Origin: Aulosira sp. ZfuVER01
GTDB lineage: Bacteria > Cyanobacteriota > Cyanobacteriia > Cyanobacteriales > Nostocaceae
DNA length: 64,000 nt
Direction: 5' to 3'
NCBI GenBank assembly: GCA_034530615.2
Contig: JAVRCV020000051.1
Coordinates: 80,803 to 144,802, forward strand
Shown here in pieces: positions 31,335-42,743 of this stretch (position 1 is its first letter; each line of letters starts with the position of its first letter). Below the pieces are notes generated by a model, which worked only from the letters and a program-made list of their open reading frames with translations, was not told the DNA's origin and made no database searches. Made by a program: the position numbers and the translations under genes.

Positions 31335-32183
31335 CTAACCGCTAAAATAATGCCGTGCGATTTTTGCAGGATTGTGTTTTGGTATCTGAGACGATTGCGG
31401 ATGATGACGATTCTGTACAAATATCAATGCTGCAACTGCCAGAAGAAAATAACCAAAGGTTTTCTGAAGTTTTTGCGCTGGCACAAACTGAGCTAAGTAA
31501 GCACCGGGAATTGTTCCTAAACTGGCAGCCACAATAAAGGATAACATCAGGTTCCAATTGAGAGGCACCTGTCCAAAGTATCCCAAAAAACCTGCAACTG
31601 AATTAAATGCAATTATCAACAGTGATGTACCGATCGCTTTTTTCATGGGTACTTTTCCTAAGAGTACCAAAGCTGGGACAATGGCAAACCCACCACCAAC
31701 ACCAACCAACCCAGTTAGTACCCCAACCCCTAAGCCTTCAGTCATTAACCATAACCAGCAATACTTGCAGACTGGTTGGGGATAAAATACCAGTGGTTGA
31801 TCTGCGGCGACAGGCTTAGAACTACGGCGAATCATAAATACCGCTGCTAGCAACATCATGATTGCAAACAGCATCATTTGGAAGGTTTCGGTAACTATTG
31901 GGAGTGTGGCAATCTTTGCCCCGATAAATGCACCAACCATTGTAGCGGAACCAAAAATTAATGCTGTCTTGAAGCTGACATTTTTGGCTCGCCAGTGAGG
32001 AATCACTCCCAACAAACTAACAGTACCAACTATCACTAGGGTCATGGCAATCGCAGATTTAGCAGGTACACCCATGACATAAACTAATATTGGCAGTGCC
32101 AGCACCGAACCACCACCACCAATTAAGCCCAAACTCAACCCAATACAGGCAGCTAGTAAATGCCCTACAATCCACAGGGTCAT
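31335..32183 (-). CDS. TauE/SafE sulfite exporter family
   Basis: GLIGGGGSVLALP, GLVGVGGGF, KAIGTSL; start MTLWIV overlaps the rhodanese stop. Confidence 0.9.
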   Translation of the reverse strand: MTLWIVGHLLAACIGLSLGLIGGGGSVLALPILVYVMGVPAKSAIAMTLVIVGTVSLLGVIPHWRAKNVSFKTALIFGSATMVGAFIGAKIATLPIVTETFQMMLFAIMMLLAAVFMIRRSSKPVAADQPLVFYPQPVCKYCWLWLMTEGLGVGVLTGLVGVGGGFAIVPALVLLGKVPMKKAIGTSLLIIAFNSVAGFLGYFGQVPLNWNLMLSFIVAASLGTIPGAYLAQFVPAQKLQKTFGYFLLAVAALIFVQNRHHPQSSQIPKHNPAKIARHYFSG

Positions 32184-32725
32184 ACACTGCTCCGTTGGTT
32201 GTATGGTAGTTTCGCCAGCAGCATCCCCAACATACAAGTGTCTGTTACCCCAGAATAGGTTAATCCTGTTCCTATAAAACCAGTGAGTAGTAGGAACCAG
32301 GGTGAAACAAATGCTCCCAGTAATGTGCTAATTAATACGAGAGAACCTGCAACAATCTGAACTTGCTGCATTAAACTAATTGGCGCATGGCGGTTGATTT
32401 TGGTAAGATAGCCTGCTTCTTTCCAAGCACTCATTCCACCATCCAAATGAGTCACTGTTGCAAATCCAGCGTCAAACAGTTTTTGGGCTGCCATTGTTGA
32501 GCGATTTCCCGAACGACAGTACAAAACTACTTTCTTGTTGCCATCTTGAGGAATTTTGTGAGAATCAAAGTTAGATAGGGAAACAAGTGTTGCGCCTGGG
32601 ATATGTTCCCCTGCATATTCAGATGGTTCGCGAACATCAATCAGTGTTACAGCTTTTTGCTCAAGCAGTTGTTGAAGAGTTTGGGCATTAACAGTTTGCA
32701 ATCTGTTTAAACGGGAAGTAGTCAT
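32180..32725 (-). CDS. Rhodanese with C-terminal DUF2892 membrane domain
   Basis: IDVREPSEY..HIPGA, YCRSGNRS, LDGG..W; C-terminal TCMLGMLLAKLPYN. Confidence 0.9.
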   Translation of the reverse strand: MTTSRLNRLQTVNAQTLQQLLEQKAVTLIDVREPSEYAGEHIPGATLVSLSNFDSHKIPQDGNKKVVLYCRSGNRSTMAAQKLFDAGFATVTHLDGGMSAWKEAGYLTKINRHAPISLMQQVQIVAGSLVLISTLLGAFVSPWFLLLTGFIGTGLTYSGVTDTCMLGMLLAKLPYNQRSSV

Positions 32726-32756
32726 TGAATTTTATCCTTCAGTTTTCTATAGTGAA

Positions 32757-33452
32757 TTAAGCAGCGACGTTACCACAGCGCTGGTTAGCTGGTACTGCTT
32801 CCATAATCTTGTTGGGTTCAGGTAAGTTGAGATTATCCATCAATTGCACAAATTCAGTGCGGTTACGTCCAACCAATCGAGGGTTCCACTGCTTCTCTTC
32901 ACCAATAGTAGAAACTGTGTTTCCGCGATAATCATGACCGGGATAAACTAATGTTTCATCTGGCAATGCGAACAGCTTTTGGGTTATCGAGTCATACATC
33001 ATTTCTGCATTCCCACTTTGGAAGTCAGTCCTTCCACAACCACGAATCAGCAACGCATCTCCAGTTAACAGGTGAGTGCCGTTCACTAAATATGCATTAT
33101 GGCTGTCAGTATGACCGGGAGTTGCAATCGCTTCTATTCTCACACTCCCTAACTCTAATACTTCTCTATCTTTCATCAAGCGGTCTGCACAAGCAATTTG
33201 AGTATTCTCTGGTAAGATTCCCAAACAACCTGTTAACTCGCGCAGTTTCCCTGTACCAGTAATATGGTCAGCGTGGATATGGGTTTCTAGGCAGAATTTT
33301 AGAGTTAGCCCCAGTTCCTTGAGCAATTTGCGATCGCGTTCCACTTGCTCTAATACCGGGTCAACTAGAAGCGCAAATTTGGTCGCTGAATCGGCAATTA
33401 AATATGTATATGTACTTGTTTCTGGGTCAAATAGTTGTCGAAATAACATCAT
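32757..33452 (-). CDS. Persulfide dioxygenase (ETHE1-like MBL fold)
   Basis: FRQLFD..TYTYL, ETHIHADHITG, TPGHT, GCGRTDFQ, YPGHDY, NPRL. Confidence 0.9.
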   Translation of the reverse strand: MMLFRQLFDPETSTYTYLIADSATKFALLVDPVLEQVERDRKLLKELGLTLKFCLETHIHADHITGTGKLRELTGCLGILPENTQIACADRLMKDREVLELGSVRIEAIATPGHTDSHNAYLVNGTHLLTGDALLIRGCGRTDFQSGNAEMMYDSITQKLFALPDETLVYPGHDYRGNTVSTIGEEKQWNPRLVGRNRTEFVQLMDNLNLPEPNKIMEAVPANQRCGNVAA

Positions 33453-33874
33453 GGTTAACTCCGATAATGTCTTTTACCAAATCTATTACTAGATAGTACT
33501 ACTATATAGTTATATATTGAATTTGCCCAGATTTTTGACAAAAAATAATTGAAATTTTTTTAATGAGTCTTTTTACTTAAATCCTCAGCGACTAAGAAAG
33601 CTAGGGAATATTGCCCTTCGCAAGCGATCGCCAGCCCACGGTAGTTAAATAAATTACTTTTAAACCACAGAGGCGCAGAGAACGCAGAGAGTAGAATCGA
33701 GATTTTTCGATTCACCCCATCAGGGTAATCTCCTTGATTGAACTGTGTTGTGCCAGCAATATAAAATTGTTCTTTTTCGCTTTAAGATCGATGAAAATAC
33801 CCCTTAACTATCAATGTAAGATTGCCATCTATCCATAGTTACAACTTCACACTAGTTATTGAACCTGTCTACAG

Positions 33875-36541
33875 ATGCCTCTGGAGAATCTCTTGCATCC
33901 GATTCCAAAAGGGTTATCTAAGGTGCCACTCCGTGTAGCTCTGATAATACCTCTTGTCTTGCAAATCTCTGCGGCTGTAGGTCTAACAGCATTCTTCTCT
34001 TTAAGAAATAGTCAGCAAGCTGTTAATGAAGTTGCTACTCAACTGAGAAATGAAGTTATAACTCGCATTCATCAGCATATTGCTGATTACATGGAGACAC
34101 CTCAACTTGTAACTCAGATGAATGCCAATGCTCTCCGTTTTGGCGATTTAAATTTGCAAGATGCAAAGAGTCTGGAACGCCATTTCTGGCAACAGATGCA
34201 GTTATTTAAGGCTTTAAGTCCAATTGCCTTTGCCAGTACCCAAGGAGAAATTTATGCGGTCGATCGCCTCAATGATGGAGCGCTAGTCATCCGTATCAAA
34301 AACCAATCAACAGGTGGCAATTACCATACCTACACCAGCGATCGCCAAGGTAATCGGCTCAAGTTAATTCGCGTGAGTACAACTTTTGATCCGCGCACTC
34401 GCCCCTGGTATGTAGAAGCTGTGAAAGCTGGTAAATTTACTTGGACGGAAATTTATCCTTATTTCTCCTCATCAGGGCTGGCGATCAGTGCAACTAGGCC
34501 TGTTTATCACCAGACAGGTACTTTGCTGGGAGTGACAAATGCAACTTTATCTTTAAAGCAATTAGGTGACTTTTTACACAGATTAAAAATTAGTCGCTCA
34601 GGCAAGACATTTATTATTGAGCGTTCTGGAAACTTAGTAGCAAGTTCAACAGTTGAGCAACCTTTTACCTTGAGTCAGGAGGGAGGAAAGGAGAAATACA
34701 AACGGCTCGGTGCGATCGCCAGCAGTGATCGCATTACTCGTCAGACAGCACAGTACTTGCTGGAAAACTTTAGTAATCTTCAAAACATACATAGTAGTCA
34801 GCATCTGGAATTTGAAATTGCTGGTCAGCGCCAATTTATACAGCTTATGCCGTTCAGCGACGGCTACGGACTAAATTGGTTAATTGTGGTGGTGGTTCCC
34901 GAAGCTGACTTTATGGACTTGATCGAAGCCAACAAGCGCACGACTATTTTGCTGTGTATAGGAGCGTTGTTGCTGGCTACAGTATCAGGAGTGATGACTT
35001 CTCATTACATTACCCGACCGATTCTCCACTTGAGTGCAGCTTCTAAAGACATCGCTGATGGCAAGTTAGACCAAATGGTGACAGTCGAAGGCATCAAAGA
35101 AGTGAGAGTTCTGGCTCAGGCTCACAACCAAATGGCGACTCAATTACAAGAATCCTTTGCTGAACTATTAGAGGCTAACAGGCAGTTAGAGGCTGAAATT
35201 GCCGAGCGCAAACGTGCAGAGGAACAATTGCGCCGAAATGCATTTCACGATGCACTCACAGGTTTACCAAACCGAGCTTTTTTTATAGAGCGCTTAAAAC
35301 ATGCAATCCAGCAAGCCAAACGCCAGAGGGATTATTTATTTGCTGTACTGTTTCTAGATTTGGATCGCTTTAAGGTGATCAATGACAGTCTTGGACACAT
35401 AGTTGGAGACCAATTTCTGCTGACTATTGCTAGCAGAATCGAAATATCCATCCGCTCCACGGATATAGCAGCACGGCTTGGGGGAGACGAATTTACAATC
35501 CTGCTTGAGGGAATCCAAGATGCTTCAGAGGCTATCAAAGTGGCTGAACGAATTCAACAAACACTAGCATTACCTTTTGAACTTAACGGGCACGAAATGT
35601 TTACTACGGCTAGTATTGGCATTGCTCTGAGTTCGACATTAGACTACGACCAGCCAGAAGATTTACTCAGAGATGCTGACACGGCGATGTACCGAGCCAA
35701 GGGGCAGGGTAAGGCGCGCTATGAGTTATTCAATCCAGATATGTATGCTTATGCTGTACACAGATTGCAGTTAGAGACTGCTCTGCGCCGCGCAATTGAG
35801 CGCCACGAGTTTCGAGTTTATTACCAACCGATTGTTTCGCTCAGTAGTGGCAAAATTTCAGGTTTCGAGGCGCTGGTGCGTTGGCAGCATCCAGAGCGTG
35901 GTCTGGTTTCGCCTGGAGAATTTATTCCCTTGGCGGAAGAAACTGGACTGATTGTGGAAATTGGTTACTGGACACTGTATGAGGCTTGCCGCCAGATGCA
36001 AGTCTGGCAGGTGCAAGCTCATACCAACTCCCTAGAGAAAATTAGCGTCAATCTTTCTGTCAAGCAATTTGCCCGGACGGACTTGATTGAACAGATTAGG
36101 CAAATTCTGGATGCGACTGGTCTAGATGCCTCCAGTCTAGTTTTAGAAATTACTGAAAGCGTAATTATGGAAAACGGTGATGATGGAAATACCGCACTCC
36201 TACAACTGCGTGAGATGGGTATTAAGTTATCAATTGATGACTTCGGTACTGGCTATTCCTCATTAAGCCGTCTCCATAGTTTTCCGATTAGTATATTGAA
36301 GATTGACCGTTCCTTCGTCAGCCCGATAGATAGTAGTACCAGGAATTTAGGAATTATTGAGACAATTGTCACGCTAGCACACAACCTAGGTATGGATGTG
36401 ACTGCTGAAGGGGTAGAGACAAAGGAGCAACTAGCATATCTGAGAAATTTGAATTGTGAATATGGCCAAGGATATTTGTTCTCTCCTCCACTGGATAGTT
36501 CAGCAGCAACGGCATTAATCGTGGCAAATTCTCAATGGTAA
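33875..36541 (+). CDS. Cache-HAMP-GGDEF-EAL c-di-GMP signalling protein
   Basis: Two TMs around a Cache domain (FDPRTRPWY), HAMP, RLGGDEF, EAL, DDFGTGYSS. Confidence 0.92.
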   Translation: MPLENLLHPIPKGLSKVPLRVALIIPLVLQISAAVGLTAFFSLRNSQQAVNEVATQLRNEVITRIHQHIADYMETPQLVTQMNANALRFGDLNLQDAKSLERHFWQQMQLFKALSPIAFASTQGEIYAVDRLNDGALVIRIKNQSTGGNYHTYTSDRQGNRLKLIRVSTTFDPRTRPWYVEAVKAGKFTWTEIYPYFSSSGLAISATRPVYHQTGTLLGVTNATLSLKQLGDFLHRLKISRSGKTFIIERSGNLVASSTVEQPFTLSQEGGKEKYKRLGAIASSDRITRQTAQYLLENFSNLQNIHSSQHLEFEIAGQRQFIQLMPFSDGYGLNWLIVVVVPEADFMDLIEANKRTTILLCIGALLLATVSGVMTSHYITRPILHLSAASKDIADGKLDQMVTVEGIKEVRVLAQAHNQMATQLQESFAELLEANRQLEAEIAERKRAEEQLRRNAFHDALTGLPNRAFFIERLKHAIQQAKRQRDYLFAVLFLDLDRFKVINDSLGHIVGDQFLLTIASRIEISIRSTDIAARLGGDEFTILLEGIQDASEAIKVAERIQQTLALPFELNGHEMFTTASIGIALSSTLDYDQPEDLLRDADTAMYRAKGQGKARYELFNPDMYAYAVHRLQLETALRRAIERHEFRVYYQPIVSLSSGKISGFEALVRWQHPERGLVSPGEFIPLAEETGLIVEIGYWTLYEACRQMQVWQVQAHTNSLEKISVNLSVKQFARTDLIEQIRQILDATGLDASSLVLEITESVIMENGDDGNTALLQLREMGIKLSIDDFGTGYSSLSRLHSFPISILKIDRSFVSPIDSSTRNLGIIETIVTLAHNLGMDVTAEGVETKEQLAYLRNLNCEYGQGYLFSPPLDSSAATALIVANSQW

Positions 36542-36548
36542 GGGTGCT

Positions 36549-37652
36549 TTAACTGTTACTTGATGTGGCAAAATTGGCATAGCTCAATTCATTGATGCGA
36601 TTCCAATTGAAAATATTCTCCCGAAAGGCTTTCCACTGTTCGTATACTTGTTTGAAATTTGCATCTTTGCTGGCATTTTCATTGAATATATCAAAGGAGA
36701 TTTTCTGCGCGGCTTGCATAATCTCTGGGCTGTAGGGAACAAGCTTAGTACCACCAGATTTTAATCTCGTCAGTGCTTCTCCATTCAAAGCATCATACTG
36801 ACTAAGCATATTTAAATTAGCTTCTGCACAAGCTGTTTTGAAAACTTCTTGATACTCTTTAGGCAACCGCTTCCAGGCATTGAGATTTACCAATACATCT
36901 AAAGTTGGCCCTGGCTCCCACCAACCTGGGTAATAATAGAATTGCGCGGCTTTATGTAAACCGAGTTTTTCGTCATCGTAAGGGCCAACCCACTCAGCAG
37001 CATCAATTGCACCTCTATCAAGTGCTAAATAAATTTCGCCCCCTGGTAAAACTTGCACGTTCACTCCCAAACGAGACATCACTTGTCCGCCTAATCCGGG
37101 AATGCGCATTTTCAAACCTTTGAGGTCAGCTACAGATTTAATTTCTCTTTTAAACCATCCTCCCATCTGTGCGCCAGTACTGCCGGCTGGGAAACTGATC
37201 GTATTGAAGTTGGTATAAATTTTCTGTATGGCTTGTAGTCCACCACCGTGATAAAGCCAAGCATACTGCTGTTGAGCATTTAAACCGAAGGGTACGGAGG
37301 TGGCGAAAGCTAATGCCGGACTTTTGCCGATGTAATAGTAGCTCGATGTGTGACCACATTCAACAGTCCCAGCTTGCACAGCATCTAAAACTTGCAATCC
37401 TGGCACTAATTCACCCGCCGCAAAGGGTGTAATCTTGAAACGTCCGTTGGTCATTTCTGCAACCCGCTTGGAAACGGTTTCTGCACCAATAAAAGTCCCT
37501 AAAGACTTAGGCCAACTAGTAGCCATCCGCCAACGCACATTAGGTAGTCCTGTTTGCACGTTAGGAGATGTCCCAGTTCGGGCGCAGGAAGCTAGGGTAG
37601 TAGCTGTTACCGAGGCGATCGCAGCCGTATTTAAGACTTCTCGACGTTTCAT
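36549..37652 (-). CDS. TRAP transporter substrate-binding protein (DctP/TakP type)
   Basis: Tat/lipoprotein-like leader; [29 protein letters not shown]. Confidence 0.9.
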   Translation of the reverse strand: MKRREVLNTAAIASVTATTLASCARTGTSPNVQTGLPNVRWRMATSWPKSLGTFIGAETVSKRVAEMTNGRFKITPFAAGELVPGLQVLDAVQAGTVECGHTSSYYYIGKSPALAFATSVPFGLNAQQQYAWLYHGGGLQAIQKIYTNFNTISFPAGSTGAQMGGWFKREIKSVADLKGLKMRIPGLGGQVMSRLGVNVQVLPGGEIYLALDRGAIDAAEWVGPYDDEKLGLHKAAQFYYYPGWWEPGPTLDVLVNLNAWKRLPKEYQEVFKTACAEANLNMLSQYDALNGEALTRLKSGGTKLVPYSPEIMQAAQKISFDIFNENASKDANFKQVYEQWKAFRENIFNWNRINELSYANFATSSNS

Positions 37653-38254
37653 GGTTTATTTTTAGGGAAATTAGTCAGAATTTTAGGGTAATTTGGGTAC
37701 GGATATGCAGAGAATTTTACCCAAGCCTGAAAAGCGATCGCTAGTTTTTTTAGCTTTCAGAAAAAATAAGAGATTAAAATAGCCCAGATAAGAGAAAAGT
37801 AATAGCTAGGTACTCAACGACCAATACATTTCTCTTTCCTTTGTGGATATTAGCTCAAGAAAATTTGTTACAATACTTGTCCTTATCAGGACATATCCTT
37901 GTCATAATTTTGTGATAACTTCGTCAATACTATATGCAATATTTTACCTATCTAAAATTTATGACTTTGAAGAAGGTGACTATACTTACCTTTTCTACAT
38001 ATATTCTCAAATAATTGTAGTAATTAATAGTTGAGAAAAATTAATATTTGACAAGGTTTTTATTTGTAGATGAGAATTTCATTTATGGATATTAATCACT
38101 TCCTTAAGTAAGTGATGTTTTAAAAGTTACAATGATTAAATTTGAAATAAATATTACTCAATATCCTATGGCTTGTCAATCATGAGTTATGAAAATTTTA
38201 GAAAAGCCCAAGATATTAAAAAGGAAAATTTAGTAACTCTTTCAGGAGCTATAA

Positions 38255-39145
38255 ATGCATAAAAACAAATTGTTTATTTACTCATCAAGAATATTAATTG
38301 CGCTAGTTATATTGAGCGCTAGTTTTAGTATATTGGCGATAAAACCAAAAGCTTCAGAAGCACAAAGTGGGCAAAATAATAATACCGATGTACCTGAGGG
38401 AATTCAGCAGCGTCTTGATGAATTGAAGGAGAGAATGCTGACAATTTTACAGCAACAAGCACAAATAAAAGGTTTATCTTATGCTGTACCATCACGTTTT
38501 CAAGGCGCAACAATTGAGGCAGCAAAACTTCCTCCATCTGAGAAGGTAATTGCTCTAACATTTGATGATGGCCCTTGGCCTGAAAGTACTAACCAAGTGC
38601 TAGATATTCTTAAAAAAAACAATATCAAAGCTACGTTTTTTGTACTGGGGCAGAATGTGAAAAATTATCCAGACTTATTGAAGCGAGAAAATGCTGAAGG
38701 TCACATAATTGGCAACCATACTTGGCATCATTGGTACCAATTCATGAATCAACAGACAGCAGGTTATGAAATTAATCGCACAGCCAACTTAATTAATCAA
38801 ATTACTGGAGTTAAAACGAATTTATTTCGTCCACCAGGTGGAATCATGCATAATGGAGTGGCTGATTACGCTAGAAATAACAAATACGCTATCGTTTTGT
38901 GGTCATCTGATTCTACAGATTACTCACGTCCTGCTGTACCAAAGTTAATTAAAAATGTGTTCAGGGAGGCAAAGCCTGGTGGTATTGTCCTGATGCATGA
39001 TGGTGGAGGTAATCGCTCAAGAACTGTGCAAGCTTTACCAGAAATTATTGCCAAATTTCGCCAGGAAGGTTATCAGTTTGTAACTATTCCTGAACTATTG
39101 CAAATGGAAGATAAAGACCAAAGCGTTCTTGCTAAGAAAAAGTAA
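38255..39145 (+). CDS. Polysaccharide deacetylase (CE4/NodB)
   Basis: LTFDDGP, GNHTWHH, FRPPGG, IVLMHD. Confidence 0.92.
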   Translation: MHKNKLFIYSSRILIALVILSASFSILAIKPKASEAQSGQNNNTDVPEGIQQRLDELKERMLTILQQQAQIKGLSYAVPSRFQGATIEAAKLPPSEKVIALTFDDGPWPESTNQVLDILKKNNIKATFFVLGQNVKNYPDLLKRENAEGHIIGNHTWHHWYQFMNQQTAGYEINRTANLINQITGVKTNLFRPPGGIMHNGVADYARNNKYAIVLWSSDSTDYSRPAVPKLIKNVFREAKPGGIVLMHDGGGNRSRTVQALPEIIAKFRQEGYQFVTIPELLQMEDKDQSVLAKKK

Positions 39146-39346
39146 TTCTCTATAAAAAGAGCCTGACACAATTTTGACTGTGCCTGTACTAGCTGTCGGA
39201 TTTCACTACAAGGTAATCTACCAATATCCTTAGTAATTTAGAATTAGCGATCGCACCTTTATTTAAGACTGCTTAATTTATAATTTAAGTTAATTTAGAT
39301 AAGGAGATTACATATAAATATTTAATCTCCCTATCTTCTATTAAGT

Positions 39347-39949
39347 CTAAGGCACGTTCATGCCGCGTTGCACTGCTGGACGCTGACCTACAGTTTCCAC
39401 CCACCTTTTTAAATTGGGATGATTGTCTAAGGTCAAGCCTTGCATTTGATAAATTGCCACCCAAGGATAAGTTGCTACATCTGCAATTGAATACTCGCCG
39501 CAGATAAATTCATTGTTTGCCAGTTGTTGATCCAATACGCCATAAATTCGTAGAGTTTCTTTTTCATAACGTTCAATGGCGTAGGGAATCTTTTCTGGCG
39601 CAAACCTTTTAAAGTGATTGAGTTGTCCAAACATTGGCCCTACACCCCCCATTTGAAACATCAGCCACTCCAGCACTAGAAAGCGACCTTTTTTGTCAGT
39701 GGGTAGTAATTTACCTGTTTTTTCTGCTAAGTAAATGAGAATTGCGCCAGATTCAAAAACTTTGATATCGGTTTCTTGGTCAACAATCGCTGGAATTTTG
39801 CTGTTGGGATTAATTGCTATATATTCGGGTGTAAATTGCTCTTGTTTTGTAATGTCGATTTTGTGGAGGTTGTAAGGCAGTTCTACTTCTTCCAACATAA
39901 TGGAAGCCTTACGCCCATTAGGTGTGGTGAAGGTATATAAATCAATCAT
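39347..39949 (-). CDS. Glutathione S-transferase (YfcG/Nu-like)
   Basis: TPNG, NPNSKIP, FESGAIL, SIAD..YPW. Confidence 0.92.
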   Translation of the reverse strand: MIDLYTFTTPNGRKASIMLEEVELPYNLHKIDITKQEQFTPEYIAINPNSKIPAIVDQETDIKVFESGAILIYLAEKTGKLLPTDKKGRFLVLEWLMFQMGGVGPMFGQLNHFKRFAPEKIPYAIERYEKETLRIYGVLDQQLANNEFICGEYSIADVATYPWVAIYQMQGLTLDNHPNLKRWVETVGQRPAVQRGMNVP

Positions 39950-40307
39950 GTGATCGTACCCTGGAATATTCGCGATCTCCGAGGGTAGTTTACCTTAAAT
40001 TTAAGTTATCTATATCTAAAAACTACATATTCTTTAATTAAAAACACAAAATATTTGCTAAAAGATTTAACTACACAAACTATTTAATCAAGTTTGTGTG
40101 TTGTTACTGAACTAATATAAAGATTAATTTATGATTTTTATATACAATTACGTGGCACAATATCCGGAGTAAATTCTTGATTTCAGCCTAATTATTTTTC
40201 AAATTATGAATCTACTAGCAAAACCTTATTAACTGTAAGGACAAAAAGACTTACAACACTATTTGCAGTAGTCGAATTTTATAGAACTGCTATTTCAAAA
40301 ATCAAAA

Positions 40308-40583
40308 ATGGTTATGTATGAACACTCAGATCTCGAAAACAGCAAGTTTGATGAGAGAAAAATTCGCAAGCTTGTTTTATTAATTCTCTTTGCCGTCATA
40401 GTACTAACTTGTGGTTTTTATCCCGCCTTTGTACTATTCTCTAATGTCAAGATAAATTCAAATTTTACTAATAGATACCCAACTTCAATCCCCAGCATCA
40501 ACGACCAATTTCAATGTGAGAAGAGTGAGAGAATCTGGCGCGATCGCAAGTGTTGGGACTATAAACACGATCCTTCTTTTTAA
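40308..40583 (+). CDS. Small membrane-anchored hypothetical protein
   Basis: One TM; C-terminal CEKSERIWRDRKCWDYKHDPSF. Confidence 0.6.
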   Translation: MVMYEHSDLENSKFDERKIRKLVLLILFAVIVLTCGFYPAFVLFSNVKINSNFTNRYPTSIPSINDQFQCEKSERIWRDRKCWDYKHDPSF

Positions 40584-40682
40584 TGGTAGTACCTCTACCC
40601 TAGGATAATAAGCATCAAAGGAATCTACAAGTCAGCCAATCAGGGGAACATCAATACCTCGTGCCCAGTTTTCTAGCTAGAT

Positions 40683-42047
40683 TTAAGTTTCGGCTTCAGA
40701 AACTGAAAGATCTGCTATTGGTTGACACCAATTTTCTGGTATTGCAATATTTTCTGGTAAAAGAGTTGTGCGATCGCCAAATGCTAACTCAAGCTGGGCT
40801 GATTCCAGATTCTCACATCTAGTCATATCGGCTCCATAAATTCTGGCTTTTTGAAGAATTGCTTGATTTAAGTTAGTACCAGTGAGAATTGCGTCTTGTA
40901 GGTTAGCTTCATAAAAATTGGCTTCTTCTAAATTCGCTTCATAGAGGTTAGCTTGCTGTAGATTAGCTGTGCTGAATAACACACCTTCTAAGTTAGCTCC
41001 AATTAGTTTTGCTCCTTGTAAGTTACTACCAATCAGGTTTGCTCCTTGCAGGTTGCTTCCCTCTAAGTTTGCTCCTTCTAAGTTAGTGTCACAAAGAATA
41101 GCTTCTTCTAAATTAGCGTTAGAAAGGCTTGCTCCTTGTAAGTTGGCATCATATAGAATTGCACCTTGCAAGTCAGCTTCATACAGTACTGCTTTCGATA
41201 AATTAACTTTTCTCAAAACAGCTTCTTGGAGATTAGCTTCTGGGAGGATTGCTTTTTGCAAGTTAGCTTCATAAAGAACTGCTCCACAGAGATTTGTTTC
41301 TGTTAAGTTTGCTCCAGAAAGATTAGCGCCTATCAGGTTTACCCATTGTAAATTAGATCCAATTAAAATTGCTCCAGAAAAATTAGCTTCCATCAGATCG
41401 GCACCACTGATATCTATATCGCGCAAATCTAGTTTCTTATTTGCCAAATCATGCTGTGTGTTGCGTCTGCCAATTACAGTTAGGGCTGTTTGAATATCTG
41501 TAGGAATTTTTTCCGGTAAATTATCCTCATTTTTATGCTGCGTTGAGGAATTTTCTCGAATAAAAGCAGCGAGAATTTCCATAATTGTCCAATGATTTTT
41601 CGGACAATCTCTGGCAATTCTTTCTAGGGCATATATTGCAGCAAAGCGTGTTTCTATTTTTTCATTACCTAGATGTTCGATTGCTTGATAAAATCTTTCT
41701 GTTACTAATTCTTCTGTTTTTGGTTCTGCATAATTAATGTCGATTGCTATCTTTTGCTGATGTTCTGTAATCTCGGAAATAATTTGTGCTAGTTCAATCC
41801 GATCCATTGCCAGAGAGAGTTTAGAATTATAGTAAGTATTGATACTCATTGCTATTACCCAAGTAAGCATAGCAACTATAGTTATTACTTGAGTGATAGC
41901 TACAACTTTTAGTTCCCTTGATAGCCATTGAAAACTAAAAAAAAAGAATTGATTTAAAGTTAAAGAGAGAATAAATATTGTTGTTATATATATAAAGAAA
42001 CTTGTGAGTCCATCTGTCTTGAATAAAGACATATAATTAGTCTTCAT
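40683..42047 (-). CDS. Pentapeptide-repeat protein with N-terminal TMs
   Basis: Two TMs; TERFYQAIEHLG..AIYALERIA helical domain; long A(N/D)Lxx array. Confidence 0.9.
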   Translation of the reverse strand: MKTNYMSLFKTDGLTSFFIYITTIFILSLTLNQFFFFSFQWLSRELKVVAITQVITIVAMLTWVIAMSINTYYNSKLSLAMDRIELAQIISEITEHQQKIAIDINYAEPKTEELVTERFYQAIEHLGNEKIETRFAAIYALERIARDCPKNHWTIMEILAAFIRENSSTQHKNEDNLPEKIPTDIQTALTVIGRRNTQHDLANKKLDLRDIDISGADLMEANFSGAILIGSNLQWVNLIGANLSGANLTETNLCGAVLYEANLQKAILPEANLQEAVLRKVNLSKAVLYEADLQGAILYDANLQGASLSNANLEEAILCDTNLEGANLEGSNLQGANLIGSNLQGAKLIGANLEGVLFSTANLQQANLYEANLEEANFYEANLQDAILTGTNLNQAILQKARIYGADMTRCENLESAQLELAFGDRTTLLPENIAIPENWCQPIADLSVSEAET

Positions 42048-42248
42048 CTCTGACTCCTTATGTAATTTAGCTTATCTATAGTATGATTTGTAAGTTTCTT
42101 TTAGTACAGTAAAAACACGGACTTAATTAATAAATATATTTATCGCTCGCAAAATCTATATAGATTTACTTACAAATAATAGAAACTACTGTAATTATAC
42201 GAAATAAAATCTCTTTCAACTTCACCTTACCTTCGCCAAAATGTCCTC

Positions 42249-42483
42249 ATATCGTGTCTGATGAAAGACTTATCATTAAGACCGCAGGAGAGCAGAGAGA
42301 AGCTGACAAGTGTAGGTCAAATGGGACAAGGGAGAAAAAGCTTATTCCTGCGTTCAAATGAGAGTAATAACTCACCTTTTTATGAAATACCTACACCTGT
42401 GAGGTAGGGAGAAAGGGAGCAAGGGGAAAGAATATTTTTTTCTACAGATGCGCGAATTATAACTAATTAGGCGGATACGATCT
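42249..42483. mobile_element. Degenerate MITE-like element
   Basis: Imperfect ends ATATCGTGTCTG..TTAT / ATAA..CGGATACGATCT enclosing purine-rich repeats. Confidence 0.4.
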
Positions 42484-42743
42484 CACTCTAAAAGAATATG
42501 TCATTACATACATCTTTTAAATTTCAGTTTCGTTGCCAATTCGCCTGAGAATCTATTCCAAGGCTAATAGCTCAAGCTTACGTTTGATAAGTAAATAGAC
42601 TTACGTGGTGTAAAAATCCTGAGGATAGATAATCTCTAGCTGTAATTAAGTTGTCAGTTTATGCTGAAAGTTTTTGTAGAAAATATAGCATTTATTTTAA
42701 AATTGCAAGCTGCACCCTGATAACTAATTGTTGCCAAGTTATC

